Below, in pieces: positions 56,026 to 64,000 of a stretch of DNA of 64,000 nt (position 1 is the first letter of the stretch; each line of letters begins with the position of its first letter). Where the stretch lies: the NCBI GenBank assembly GCA_001822835.1, contig MHSS01000015.1, forward strand, positions 2,113-66,112, in the 5' to 3' direction. The position numbers were made by a program, and so were the translations under genes. The notes beneath the pieces are model-generated. The model did no database searches, was not told the DNA's origin, and saw only the letters and a list, made by a program, of their open reading frames with translations. Origin of the DNA: Candidatus Terrybacteria bacterium RIFCSPHIGHO2_01_FULL_48_17. GTDB taxonomy: Bacteria; Patescibacteriota; Minisyncoccia; Terrybacterales; 2-01-FULL-58-14.

Positions 56026-57465
56026 TCACGACTGTTCTATGAAATGTCCGACCCCGAAAAGCACTTCCTCGGAAAAGGCCTTGCCCATAAGCTGCACCCC
56101 TACCGGAAGGCCGCCAACGCTTCCCGCAGGAATTGAAAGGGCGGGAATACCGGCAAGATTTGCAGAAACAGTATAGATATCTGCCAGATACATCGAAAGT
56201 GGATCTTCAGTACGTTCCCCAAAACGAAACGGCAAGACAGGGGAAGTCGGGGTTAAGATAACATCGACATCACGAAAGGCCCTTTCAAAATCTTCAGTAA
56301 TACGAACGCGAATCTTTTGTGCTTTAAGATAGAATGCATCGTAGTAGCCGGCAGATAATGCAAATGTTCCAAGCATAATACGCCGTTGCACTTCGTTGCC
56401 GAAATATTTTCTACGCGTTTCAAAATATATCTCCCAGAAATCTTTTGGGGATTCATTCCGTGCAATAGATGCCCCGTATCGTATTCCGTCAAAACGCGCA
56501 AGGTTTGCCGATACTTCCGAAGGCATTACCAAATAATATGCCGCAAGTCCCGCGGGTGCGTGGGGTAACGATACGTCTTTAATTCGAGCGCCCTTTTGTT
56601 TTAACGCCTCTATCCGATTATCGAGTATCGCGCGTACTTTATCATCAAGGCCCTGACCAAAATACTCTTTTGGTAAGCCCACCCGAATATCCGAAAGGTC
56701 TTGCAATGATGCGTTATCCTGGAAAGAAAATCCCGCATGCGGATGCGTAGTGGCATCCCGCGGATCGTGACCTGCGATAATAGAAAAAAGGAGTGAAGCA
56801 TCTGCAACAGTTTTGGTCATCGGCCCTATTTGGTCAAGCGAGGAAGCCATCGCGATAAGACCGGAACGCGACACTCTGCCGTAGGTTGGTTTAAGACCAA
56901 CAATCCCGCAAAATGAAGCTGGCTGTCGGATTGATCCCCCGGTATCGGAACCAAGGGCTGCCAGACAAAAATGCGCAGCAACCGCAGCTGCCGATCCGCC
57001 GGATGATCCTCCAGGAACGCACGATACGTCGTGGGGATTATGCGTTGGGCCGAAAGCCGAATGTTCTGTTGAAGATCCCATAGCAAACTCGTCCAGATTT
57101 GTTTTTCCCAAAAAGATGGCGCCAGAAAGGTTAAGTTTTTCGATCACGGTGGCGTCATAGCTTGCAACATAGGGTTCAAGAATTTTTGATCCGGCGGTAC
57201 AGCGCTTTCCAGAAATAAGGATATTATCTTTTATCGCAAGCGGAATCCCATCAAGCATGCTTTTGGGGACCCCTGCCTGTAATCGTTCGTCCGCAAGGTC
57301 GGCTTGTTTGCGCGCATCTTCCTGAAAGACATCAAGGTATGCGTGGATTTCACCATCGCTGCGAGAGCTTTCGGAAAAACATGCTTCAACGATATCGCGA
57401 GAGGTAAATGTTCCTTCGCGTAAGCCCCGTGCTGCTTCTAAAAGCGTAAGGGTATTAAGCTCCAT
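56026..57465 (-). CDS. gatA: Asp-tRNA(Asn)/Glu-tRNA(Gln) amidotransferase subunit A
   Basis: Amidase signature GGSSGGSAAAVAA with the Ser-cisSer-Lys triad pattern. Confidence 0.9.
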   Translation of the reverse strand: MELNTLTLLEAARGLREGTFTSRDIVEACFSESSRSDGEIHAYLDVFQEDARKQADLADERLQAGVPKSMLDGIPLAIKDNILISGKRCTAGSKILEPYVASYDATVIEKLNLSGAIFLGKTNLDEFAMGSSTEHSAFGPTHNPHDVSCVPGGSSGGSAAAVAAHFCLAALGSDTGGSIRQPASFCGIVGLKPTYGRVSRSGLIAMASSLDQIGPMTKTVADASLLFSIIAGHDPRDATTHPHAGFSFQDNASLQDLSDIRVGLPKEYFGQGLDDKVRAILDNRIEALKQKGARIKDVSLPHAPAGLAAYYLVMPSEVSANLARFDGIRYGASIARNESPKDFWEIYFETRRKYFGNEVQRRIMLGTFALSAGYYDAFYLKAQKIRVRITEDFERAFRDVDVILTPTSPVLPFRFGERTEDPLSMYLADIYTVSANLAGIPALSIPAGSVGGLPVGVQLMGKAFSEEVLFGVGHFIEQS

Positions 57466-57480
57466 AATTTAAAATCCCTT

Positions 57481-57777
57481 CTACTCAATTACTCGTGGAA
57501 CGACAACAAAGTCGTTTTGAGTTTTAGGTGCTTGCTCCTCAAGCAATTCCTTTTTTATATTCGCAAGAGCTGCATCTTTCGAAATATCTTTCCGTGCTTG
57601 ATTCTCAAGGCCAGTTGCATGCGCAATTGCATCAACCTCTGTCGTATCATAACGATCCAGCTCCTTGATATATTCAAGGATGGCCGAAAGCTCCTTCGAG
57701 AACTTCCCGATATCGTTATCATTAAGCCCTACGTGGGCAAGGTGCGCTATATGACGCACGGTTTTGTCATCAATCAT
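57481..57777 (-). CDS. gatC: Asp-tRNA(Asn)/Glu-tRNA(Gln) amidotransferase subunit C
   Basis: 98 aa with a GatC pattern (VRHIAHLAHVGLNDND...). Confidence 0.85.
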   Translation of the reverse strand: MIDDKTVRHIAHLAHVGLNDNDIGKFSKELSAILEYIKELDRYDTTEVDAIAHATGLENQARKDISKDAALANIKKELLEEQAPKTQNDFVVVPRVIE

Positions 57778-57904
57778 ACCCCGTTAGAAATCTGCCCGTA
57801 ACGCAAAGCAGATCGTAATAAGATTTCGATAGTGAGAATGCCTCCGTTGCCGTCGCTCATAAAAATTTTGAGAAAATTTTTGCTAAGGATTTCTAACGGG
57901 GCAT
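57778..57904 (-). promoter_or_regulatory. gatC 5' leader with a perfect 14-bp long-range inverted repeat; the proximal arm covers the ribosome-binding region
   Basis: ccccgttagaaatc at 57780-57793 and gatttctaacgggg at 57889-57902. Confidence 0.45.
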
Positions 57905-57942
57905 AGTTCCATCGTTTAGCGTATAGCGGATAGGAGATTGCG

Positions 57943-60021
57943 TCAACGCCCTTTCACGCGCCGCAAGAATTCCCCCTCGTCAATAATTTCTATACCAAGT
58001 TTTGTGGCCTTTTCGTGTTTTTCACCAGGATCTTTCCCCGCAACGACGAAAGAGGTTTTAGGGCTTACGACCGTTGTTACGGTCGCGCCATGTTCGCGCG
58101 CGCTTTGCTGCGCCTCGTCCCGCGTCATGGTTTTAAGTTCTCCGGTAAATATAACAGTGGTACCCGAAAGCGATTGTTTTTTATCTTGGATTTTTGGCGC
58201 GATTGCCCGCACGCCAACCCGCTGTAGTTTCCTAAGCAATGTTCGATTCTGCGCACTTTCAAACCACAAAGCGATCGAGCGCGCAACGGTAGGACCGATA
58301 TCGGGAATTTGCTGAAGATCCTTCTCCCCCGCAGCGGAAAGATTCTCTATGGTTTTAAAACGTTGCGCAAGAATACGGGCAGTTTCATCTCCAACATGCA
58401 AAATGCCCAGCGCTTTAATAAGTCGTTCAAACGGCACTTTCTTTTTTGCTTGAAGTGCCGCAGCAAGTTTATTTGCCGAAATTTCCGCAAATCCTTCCAC
58501 TTGCAAAAAACCATCTTTGCTTAAAGTAAAAAAATCGGCGGCATCTTTTATAAATCCCCCGTCGATAAGCTTATCCACGGTTTCGGGCCCCAACCCCTCG
58601 ATATCAAATGCGCCCTTTGAAACAAAGTAGTAAAAATGTTCACGCCGAAGCGCTGGACATTTTTTGTTTTGACACCGGATGAATACGCCGTCGCGGACCG
58701 TGGGTGAACCGCACTCCGGACATCGCCGAGGCGTTGCTTTAGCCCGCGCAGCTTTTGGCCGAAGAGACGGCAAAACACGCACCACTTGTGGAATGACATC
58801 ACCGGCCCTGCCGACAATCACAGTATCGCCCTCGCGGATATCGAGTTTTTTAAGCTGATCAAAATTATGAAGTGTCGCATGTGTAACCGTCACTCCGCCA
58901 ATAGATACGGGGCGCAATTTGGCCACAGGAGTTAAAACGCCGGTACGTCCTACAAAAATATTAATTTTCTCAACAACGGTTTCTGCCTCGCGCAATTCAA
59001 ACTTATATGCAATCGCTCCCCGCGGAGCTTTTCCTACCACACCAAGGCGGCGGAACGCGCTATTATCATTTATCAAAACGACGATGCCATCAATCTCGTA
59101 AGGCAGGCCGTCGCGATTCTTTTCCCACGAATTGCGGAAGGAAACAACATCATGCGGGTTTTTGGCGAAACGGTTGTGGGTATTGGTTTTAAAACCAAGC
59201 GCACGAAGGAGGGCATGCGTTTCCTCGTGCGTCTTTTGACCAAGATCGGTTACTAAATCGTAGGCGAACGAATCAAGATTCCGGGATGCGGCTACCTTTG
59301 GATCAAGCTGACGGATTGATCCTGCAGCAATATTGCGGGGATTAGCATATAGGGACTGGCTGTGCTTTTTTTGTTCCCGATTGATTGCCGCAAATTCTTT
59401 CTTCCCTAAAAAAACTTCACCGCGAACTTCAAGATGCCGAGGAAATCCCTTTCGTAACTGCTTGGCAAGTTGATGAAAGCCCTCTTTTGCCAAATCCACT
59501 GCTACCTCTTTTGATGTACGCAGGCCTAACGGGATCGCTTCAATTGTTTTAAGGTTATGCGTTACATCTTCTCCAACAACACCATCGCCCCGTGTAGAGC
59601 CCACAGAAAACAAACCGTTGTTATATTCAAGCGAAACGGCGAGGCCGTCTATTTTTAGCTCAAGAAAAAAACCCTCGCGCAAGACCTCTGGAACAAGTTT
59701 TGAAATGCGTTCTACCCAAGAAAAAAAATCGCCTTCAGAGAACACGTCGTTGAATGAAAGCATGGGTACCGCATGCCGGACTTTGGTAAACTCTGCCCGC
59801 GCTTTGCCGCCTATGCGTTGGGTTGGAGAGTCGGACGTAACAAATTCGGGAAATTGATATTCAAGCTGCTCAAGTTCTTTTTTGAGCGAATCGAGTGCCG
59901 CATCGGAAATCTCTTGTTGATCCAGAACATGGTACAAGTACCGATGGCGATTGATCTCTTTTTTGAGATTCTCGATCCTCTCTCGTACCCTCTGTTTTGT
60001 GAGTTTTTTCCCCATATCCAT
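57943..60021 (-). CDS. ligA: NAD-dependent DNA ligase
   Basis: KxDG adenylation motif (LKIDGLAV), OB fold, 4-Cys zinc finger, HhH motifs and a C-terminal BRCT domain. TGTTATAATAAACG lies immediately upstream of the ATG. Confidence 0.9.
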   Translation of the reverse strand: MDMGKKLTKQRVRERIENLKKEINRHRYLYHVLDQQEISDAALDSLKKELEQLEYQFPEFVTSDSPTQRIGGKARAEFTKVRHAVPMLSFNDVFSEGDFFSWVERISKLVPEVLREGFFLELKIDGLAVSLEYNNGLFSVGSTRGDGVVGEDVTHNLKTIEAIPLGLRTSKEVAVDLAKEGFHQLAKQLRKGFPRHLEVRGEVFLGKKEFAAINREQKKHSQSLYANPRNIAAGSIRQLDPKVAASRNLDSFAYDLVTDLGQKTHEETHALLRALGFKTNTHNRFAKNPHDVVSFRNSWEKNRDGLPYEIDGIVVLINDNSAFRRLGVVGKAPRGAIAYKFELREAETVVEKINIFVGRTGVLTPVAKLRPVSIGGVTVTHATLHNFDQLKKLDIREGDTVIVGRAGDVIPQVVRVLPSLRPKAARAKATPRRCPECGSPTVRDGVFIRCQNKKCPALRREHFYYFVSKGAFDIEGLGPETVDKLIDGGFIKDAADFFTLSKDGFLQVEGFAEISANKLAAALQAKKKVPFERLIKALGILHVGDETARILAQRFKTIENLSAAGEKDLQQIPDIGPTVARSIALWFESAQNRTLLRKLQRVGVRAIAPKIQDKKQSLSGTTVIFTGELKTMTRDEAQQSAREHGATVTTVVSPKTSFVVAGKDPGEKHEKATKLGIEIIDEGEFLRRVKGR

Positions 60022-60091
60022 CGTTTATTATAACAAAAAGGGGTGCTTCCCCCTATTCCTACCCCTTTACCCGCTCTGCCCTATTTTTATC

Positions 60092-60493
60092 TTAATAGCT
60101 TACCTCAAAAGCCCTGCGCACTCCGCGAAATTCGCCAAACGCCCTGATGCATAACACCCTATTGCCGCATGCCGTAGGAATTGGTCCGGGAAACAAAGGG
60201 CTTGCGGGATCTAAAACCTCAAATTCTGACCATGCAACAGCCCCATTGGAAAGTGCAAATTCTGTTGTTATCCGATCTCCTGAAAGCTCACCGATTCTTC
60301 GAATACGAAACAGCGCATTTTCCATTGCCGCATCAGCCGCTATGATGGCTGTTGAAGAATCGGCGACATCGGTTGCGATACGGAAACGTCCTGTCATTAA
60401 AATAGATGCCGCCAGCGCAGCAAGAACAACTACGCCGACTACGATAACGGCAAGAAGCAATACAATGCCTTGTTGTGTTGAGCGCACAATCAT
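60092..60493 (-). CDS. PilX-like pilus assembly protein (PilX N-terminal domain)
   Basis: N-terminus RSTQQGIVLLLAVIVVGVVVLAALAA matches the PilX_N pattern. Confidence 0.5.
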   Translation of the reverse strand: MIVRSTQQGIVLLLAVIVVGVVVLAALAASILMTGRFRIATDVADSSTAIIAADAAMENALFRIRRIGELSGDRITTEFALSNGAVAWSEFEVLDPASPLFPGPIPTACGNRVLCIRAFGEFRGVRRAFEVSY

Positions 60494-60498
60494 AATAC

Positions 60499-61122
60499 CT
60501 AATCACATCCGTCTCTTATCTGCCGAAGCGAAACGGTTGTCTGGAGTAACAGGGGTTGCACACCAACGGCCTGCCGGGGGCTTGTCTCAAGCCCAAGGGT
60601 TACGCGCGGCTGCCTATTATCGCTATCGCCACATCCGAACGCAGATGCCTGAAATCGATTAACCTGTACAACTGTAGCGTCGCCTGCGAGGTCAAGAAAC
60701 CATGTTCGAATAGGGAACGAAGATCCGTTCGCCCGACGCTCCTGGAGGCGCCGGGTACCGCCATCGTAGTGATACCTCACAAGGCAATCAGTCGGATCAG
60801 AGGCGCTGCAACCGGAAAAGCCAAACGCATCATCAAGCATCGGCTGCTCATCCATTATTATAAAATCCTGTGGTGTATTGTCAGCCATGGCTTCGATATC
60901 GGAAACTCTTATGGCGCGCGTCATTTCATCCATGGCGTAACGGGCATTATCCACGACGAGCGATTCCACAAACGCTTGCCGCTGGATACGAAGCACACCG
61001 ACAAAAAGCGCAGACAAGCCGACGACAGCCGTCACAAAAATACCCATGCTGACAATAACCTCGATGAGGGAAAAACCGAGTTTCGGATTTCGGGTTTCGG
61101 ATTTCGGGTTTTTGAATATCAT
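60499..61122 (-). CDS. prepilin-type N-terminal cleavage/methylation domain protein (minor pilin/pseudopilin)
   Basis: 16-aa leader MIFKNPKSETRNPKLG followed by FSLIEVIVSMGIF. Its ATG overlaps the upstream stop (ATGA at 61119-61122). Confidence 0.65.
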   Translation of the reverse strand: MIFKNPKSETRNPKLGFSLIEVIVSMGIFVTAVVGLSALFVGVLRIQRQAFVESLVVDNARYAMDEMTRAIRVSDIEAMADNTPQDFIIMDEQPMLDDAFGFSGCSASDPTDCLVRYHYDGGTRRLQERRANGSSFPIRTWFLDLAGDATVVQVNRFQASAFGCGDSDNRQPRVTLGLETSPRQAVGVQPLLLQTTVSLRQIRDGCD

Positions 61123-61712
61123 GGCGTTGTTCCAAACCAATTCCATAATACGTCTTCGGCAACGACCTCCCGCTCGTTGCCTGGGCAGGATGCCAAACCA
61201 GATGAACACCACGTTACTATCGACTCCACCCGAAAAGAAATACTGTCGTTGGGAGGAGGTGGGGTTGAAATCCGGATTCTCCTACGAAAAGGGGTGTCGA
61301 TTCCGGAAGAATATTGATAAAATCTATTTCCATCAATCTCAAGAGCCGGATTAGAGCCCGGCGCAAGAAGATTGGGATTATCATACTGGGCACGATAATC
61401 GCCGTCGCATAATCTGTCTCGCCATGATTGAGGTGGGCTAGGTGCGCAATTTGCGCCATTATCATTATCCCTGCTTCCGGCCGCGGTTCGCAGCCAATTT
61501 GAATCGCGCATGCTGCGTACAATCTCAATCCCCTCCTGCGCTAAATTTGCTGCAACAAGTTCCTGCCGTCCAAGGCGTGCGGTTTTTAACGAATTTGCTG
61601 CAAGGGTCCAAACCGCAATTCCTGCCATCGCAAAGATGGCTAACGCAATAATTACTTCAATAATAGAAAAGCCAGCTGGTATCGTTTTCTTGCTACACAT
61701 ACTAAAAGTCAT
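61119..61712 (-). CDS. prepilin-type N-terminal cleavage/methylation domain protein
   Basis: ...KKTIPAG|FSIIEVIIALAIF. Start chosen at ATG 61712; alternatives are 61700 and GTG 61730. Cys pairs in the C-terminal region. Confidence 0.65.
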   Translation of the reverse strand: MTFSMCSKKTIPAGFSIIEVIIALAIFAMAGIAVWTLAANSLKTARLGRQELVAANLAQEGIEIVRSMRDSNWLRTAAGSRDNDNGANCAPSPPQSWRDRLCDGDYRAQYDNPNLLAPGSNPALEIDGNRFYQYSSGIDTPFRRRIRISTPPPPNDSISFRVESIVTWCSSGLASCPGNEREVVAEDVLWNWFGTTP

Positions 61713-61755
61713 CTCAAAAACCCCGTTCACCTTGCTGCGCTAAGCCCCAGTACTA

Positions 61756-61868
61756 CGAAATACGAATCGGTACGAATATACGAATACCTTATTGTTTCCG
61801 TTTTGTTCCTCATTCGTATATTCGTAAAATGTTCGTACTTCGTAGTATTCTTTGTACTTCGTAGTGTG
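61756..61868. repeat. imperfect roughly 45-bp inverted repeat built from TTCGTA/TACGAA iterons, between a pilin gene's stop and the pilin operon start
   Basis: Left arm ctacgaaatacgaatcggtacgaatatacgaata, a loop, then right arm cattcgtatattcgtaaaatgttcgtacttcgtag... Confidence 0.6.
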
Positions 61869-62516
61869 CTATTCTTCAATAAATACAGCCCCCACTGCAT
61901 TCACCAATACCGTGCGACTTGCTGCCCCACGCACCAACGAAATACGAACCGCGGGAAGAACAGTGCTGCCCGCAGTTTTGCAATTTGAGCCGCGCGACCC
62001 AATGCCTGTCGTTTCATCATACAAAAACGTATTGGGGTTAGGGGGGCAGAAAAAAAATGTGAGAGTATCCGCGTTGGTTATGGTGCTTGGCGGAGAACCA
62101 AGATCGCACAAAGGCATAGAACACTCAAAAATTTGGGCGTTTTGTGCTCTAACCTCGCTGCGGAAAGTGCGCGAGTCAACGAATTCGCCCGCGGTCTCGC
62201 TATAGGTCATGTCATTATCCAAATCGGCAAAAAGCGTCGTTTGGGTATTAGCGCCGCCGCCCGGATCATCGGAAACAACAACTCCATACCCAAAGGGCAC
62301 GACCCCTTGAATTTCTGCGGAGCTTGCGGCAAGCGCCTGGGCTTTACGAATATCCAATGTCAAAAGCTGCGCCTCCCTGCGTACTGCTTGTTCTTCCCGC
62401 CCCCTGCGCAATGTTACGCTCACTACCCCCATAAGGATCGTGGCGATTGCGATAACAACGATAATTTCGATCATTGAAAATCCTGCTCGATGACCGCCGG
62501 AAAACAATCGCCGCAT
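61869..62516 (-). CDS. prepilin-type N-terminal cleavage/methylation domain protein (GspH/FimT-like)
   Basis: ...HRAG|FSMIEIIVVIAIATIL. Start chosen at ATG 62516; alternatives are 62540 and GTG 62561. Confidence 0.6.
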   Translation of the reverse strand: MRRLFSGGHRAGFSMIEIIVVIAIATILMGVVSVTLRRGREEQAVRREAQLLTLDIRKAQALAASSAEIQGVVPFGYGVVVSDDPGGGANTQTTLFADLDNDMTYSETAGEFVDSRTFRSEVRAQNAQIFECSMPLCDLGSPPSTITNADTLTFFFCPPNPNTFLYDETTGIGSRGSNCKTAGSTVLPAVRISLVRGAASRTVLVNAVGAVFIEE

Positions 62517-62526
62517 AAAAAAAGAG

Positions 62527-62916
62527 CTAGTTTTTTGCATATCGAAAAAGAATGGAATCACCGCGGCTGACTAATTGGTATTGAAGGGGACCGGCTACCC
62601 AAACGTTATTGAGCCATACGGCCCAGCTTTGTACTCCTCCAATCCTAAGCCCCGAAGCATCCATGGCAGGCGATAAATCAAAAGAAATACGTCCGGTCTT
62701 GGCAGAAGCGCGAAGCACATGCAAAATAGTGGTTCCGGCAAGGACGGGTCCCTCAAATACCCGCACGGTACCATTGCCAAAATCAATGGTTACACGGGCG
62801 TTATTCCGTCCCAAAATAGTTTCTCGTGTACCAATTGGAGGTCCGAAAACGCTGAGGAAAAAAGCAAAGGCCGTTGCCAAAACCAAAGCAAGTATTAAAA
62901 AATCCCTACGTACCAT
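62527..62916 (-). CDS. hypothetical exported protein inside the pilin cluster
   Basis: N-terminal TM/signal segment (MVRRDFLILALVLATAFAFFL), then a beta-rich domain. Start chosen at ATG 62916. Confidence 0.4.
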   Translation of the reverse strand: MVRRDFLILALVLATAFAFFLSVFGPPIGTRETILGRNNARVTIDFGNGTVRVFEGPVLAGTTILHVLRASAKTGRISFDLSPAMDASGLRIGGVQSWAVWLNNVWVAGPLQYQLVSRGDSILFRYAKN

Positions 62917-63001
62917 AGTGTTAGTGTACCAATTTAGACCTTCCCTGCCCATCTATCAAAAACCTTTTGTCCGGCAGGCATACAGCGCTCGCTTAAACTT
63001 G

Positions 63002-63814
63002 TTAGTTGCTAAAAAGGAAAAAGGCAAGAAGATTACGGAGCCATATTTCGGGGACAAAGTACATCACAACCGGCGGGATGATAAGAAAAGGGCCGAAGGG
63101 AATCGTTTGTTTAAGCGTTTTGGCACGCAGCATCACCAGCGCGAGCCCAACGAACGCACCTAATATAAACGAAAACGCAAGAGAAAAAAGAATCAAGGGA
63201 TACCCCACAAGCGCCCCAAGCGCCACGGCAAGCTTCACATCCCCCCATCCCATCCATGCGCCGCGCGATACCATGGCAAATACGGCCAAAAATACGACCG
63301 CAAGCAAAATACCAAGGCCGGCTTGAGAAAACGCCGGAGGCAATAATCTTTGCTCAATTACGTCAAATGCGCGCAGTGCCACAAGACCCGTAGCTCCCAC
63401 TACTGCCGTAATCCATGCGCTATCGGGAATAATATAAAAACGAAAATCGGCAAAAAATGCGAGTGCCAAACCAGAAAATGATATGAGAACAAAAAATAAT
63501 AGTGTAAACTCTCCAGCTCCTGATGAATCACTAATTATTTGCCACGCAGAAAAACCAAATAATAACCCAAGACCTAATTCTTCAAAAAGATGACGTTGGG
63601 GAATTAAGACACGGCATTGGCTGCATTTTCCCAAAAGCCAAAGCCATGAAAAAATGGGAACAAGTTCCCACCATAAAAGCTTTTTCCCGCATGCGGGGCA
63701 ATGGGAACGACCAGTAAGCGGGCCGTGATTCACGGCCCGCTCCGAAACGACGTCAAGAAAGCTTGCTATGGCTGCTCCATACACAAAAGCGAATAACGAA
63801 ACGAGTTCCTGCAT
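63002..63814 (-). CDS. pilD: prepilin peptidase (A24 family)
   Basis: N-terminal CPACGKKL...CSQCRV zinc motif, a polytopic membrane domain, and a catalytic Asp motif MGWGDVKL. Confidence 0.85.
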   Translation of the reverse strand: MQELVSLFAFVYGAAIASFLDVVSERAVNHGPLTGRSHCPACGKKLLWWELVPIFSWLWLLGKCSQCRVLIPQRHLFEELGLGLLFGFSAWQIISDSSGAGEFTLLFFVLISFSGLALAFFADFRFYIIPDSAWITAVVGATGLVALRAFDVIEQRLLPPAFSQAGLGILLAVVFLAVFAMVSRGAWMGWGDVKLAVALGALVGYPLILFSLAFSFILGAFVGLALVMLRAKTLKQTIPFGPFLIIPPVVMYFVPEIWLRNLLAFFLFSN

Positions 63815-63829
63815 GAGTTCTTTGCGCGT

Positions 63830-64000
63830 TTATGGAGTTTGCACAAAACAAAGCACTCCCGTTACACCGCAATCAATGCTACTTGTGCCGCCATCGGTAA
63901 AGCTACAGAGTCCCAAATCGCGTTCTGCATCACCCACCTCAAGCGTAAGCGCCATGACATAAGCAACATTATCCCCATCGTGAGGACAATCTGCACCAGC
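63830..64000 (-). CDS. partial 3' end of a gene running off the window; Cys-rich C-terminus, possibly a pilin
   Basis: An open minus-strand frame from the window edge to TAA at 63830 (…CPHDGDNVAYVMALTLEVGDAERDLGLCSFTDGGTSSIDCGVTGVLCFVQTP), directly upstream of pilD. The frame is assumed and was not verified. Confidence 0.25.
   Translation of the reverse strand, partial: AGADCPHDGDNVAYVMALTLEVGDAERDLGLCSFTDGGTSSIDCGVTGVLCFVQTP

Noticed and set aside
57778-57904. Reading the gatC upstream inverted repeat as a MITE or small transposable element
   Set aside because: The interior sequence differs completely from the greA copy. Only the arms and their distance from the AUG are shared, and one arm coincides with the RBS and start. 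A cis-regulatory RNA fits better, though a MITE origin is not fully excluded.
1-64000. Alternative genetic code (UGA recoded as Gly, as in SR1 and Gracilibacteria)
   Set aside because: Long conserved genes (dnaE, ftsH, ligA, lysS) are intact under the standard code, and many genes end in TGA exactly where homologues end.

Overview
The window is dense with housekeeping genes and is mostly coded on the minus strand. Its content suggests a small-genome Patescibacteria/CPR-like bacterium; this is an inference from gene content, not a database result. Translation goes by the standard code: long ORFs are intact and end in ordinary TGA, TAA and TAG stops.

Housekeeping and translation genes that I recognise:
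- atpB (partial) and an atpZ-like gene
- efp, serS, lysS, thrS
- the greA, trmD, KH-protein, rpsP, ftsH, rnc, nusB, rpmF, rnhB run
- dnaE, miaA, gatC-gatA, ligA, alr, ftsQ
- three tRNAs: Asp-GTC, an elongator-type Met-CAT, and an initiator Met-CAT with a C1:A72 mismatch

A complete NAD salvage and biosynthesis cluster is present: nadK, pncA, nadD, pncB, a NUDIX hydrolase and nadE.

There are two type IV pilus loci:
- Locus 1 is a tight minus-strand operon: a hypothetical protein, an 837-aa membrane-anchored FtsK/TraD/VirD4-like P-loop ATPase, a pilM-pilN fusion, a pilO-like gene, a small membrane protein and rmuC. I read this as a candidate DNA-uptake module.
- Locus 2 carries a pilX-like gene, three prepilins with G|FS(L/I/M)IE(V/I) N-termini, a hypothetical protein and the prepilin peptidase pilD.

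Other annotated genes:
- two GT39 membrane glycosyltransferases followed by an orphan histidine kinase
- an MMPL/RND transporter
- a DsbA-like protein translationally coupled to a CxxC membrane protein and to nadE
- a LemA family protein paired with a DUF2207-like His-rich membrane protein
- an NlpC/P60 hydrolase, a polysaccharide deacetylase and a stand-alone REC domain
- a Crp/Fnr regulator
- two SAM-dependent methyltransferases

Observations from the hunt:
1. A recurring leaderless-promoter signature, (TGn)TA(T/C)AATAAA followed by 3-8 nt and then ATG, at nine or more genes.
2. GC-rich palindromic sequences inserted in-frame into trmD, rnhB and miaA, sharing GGTTCAGGG/GGGATC cores, plus intergenic copies. 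They resemble Rickettsia palindromic elements.
3. A shared 16-nt element, TTTCTAACGGGGCATA, about 111 nt upstream of the AUG in both the gatC and greA leaders. In gatC it forms a perfect 14-bp long-range helix with the ribosome-binding region.
4. TTCGTA iteron arrays forming an imperfect 45-bp palindrome upstream of the pilin operon, with a near-identical 36-nt half-site abutting the serS start.
5. Degenerate 38-bp tandem repeats beside the initiator tRNA.
6. A kinase-like gene paired with an acidic helical protein, of unknown function.
7. Several small Cys-rich ORFs.
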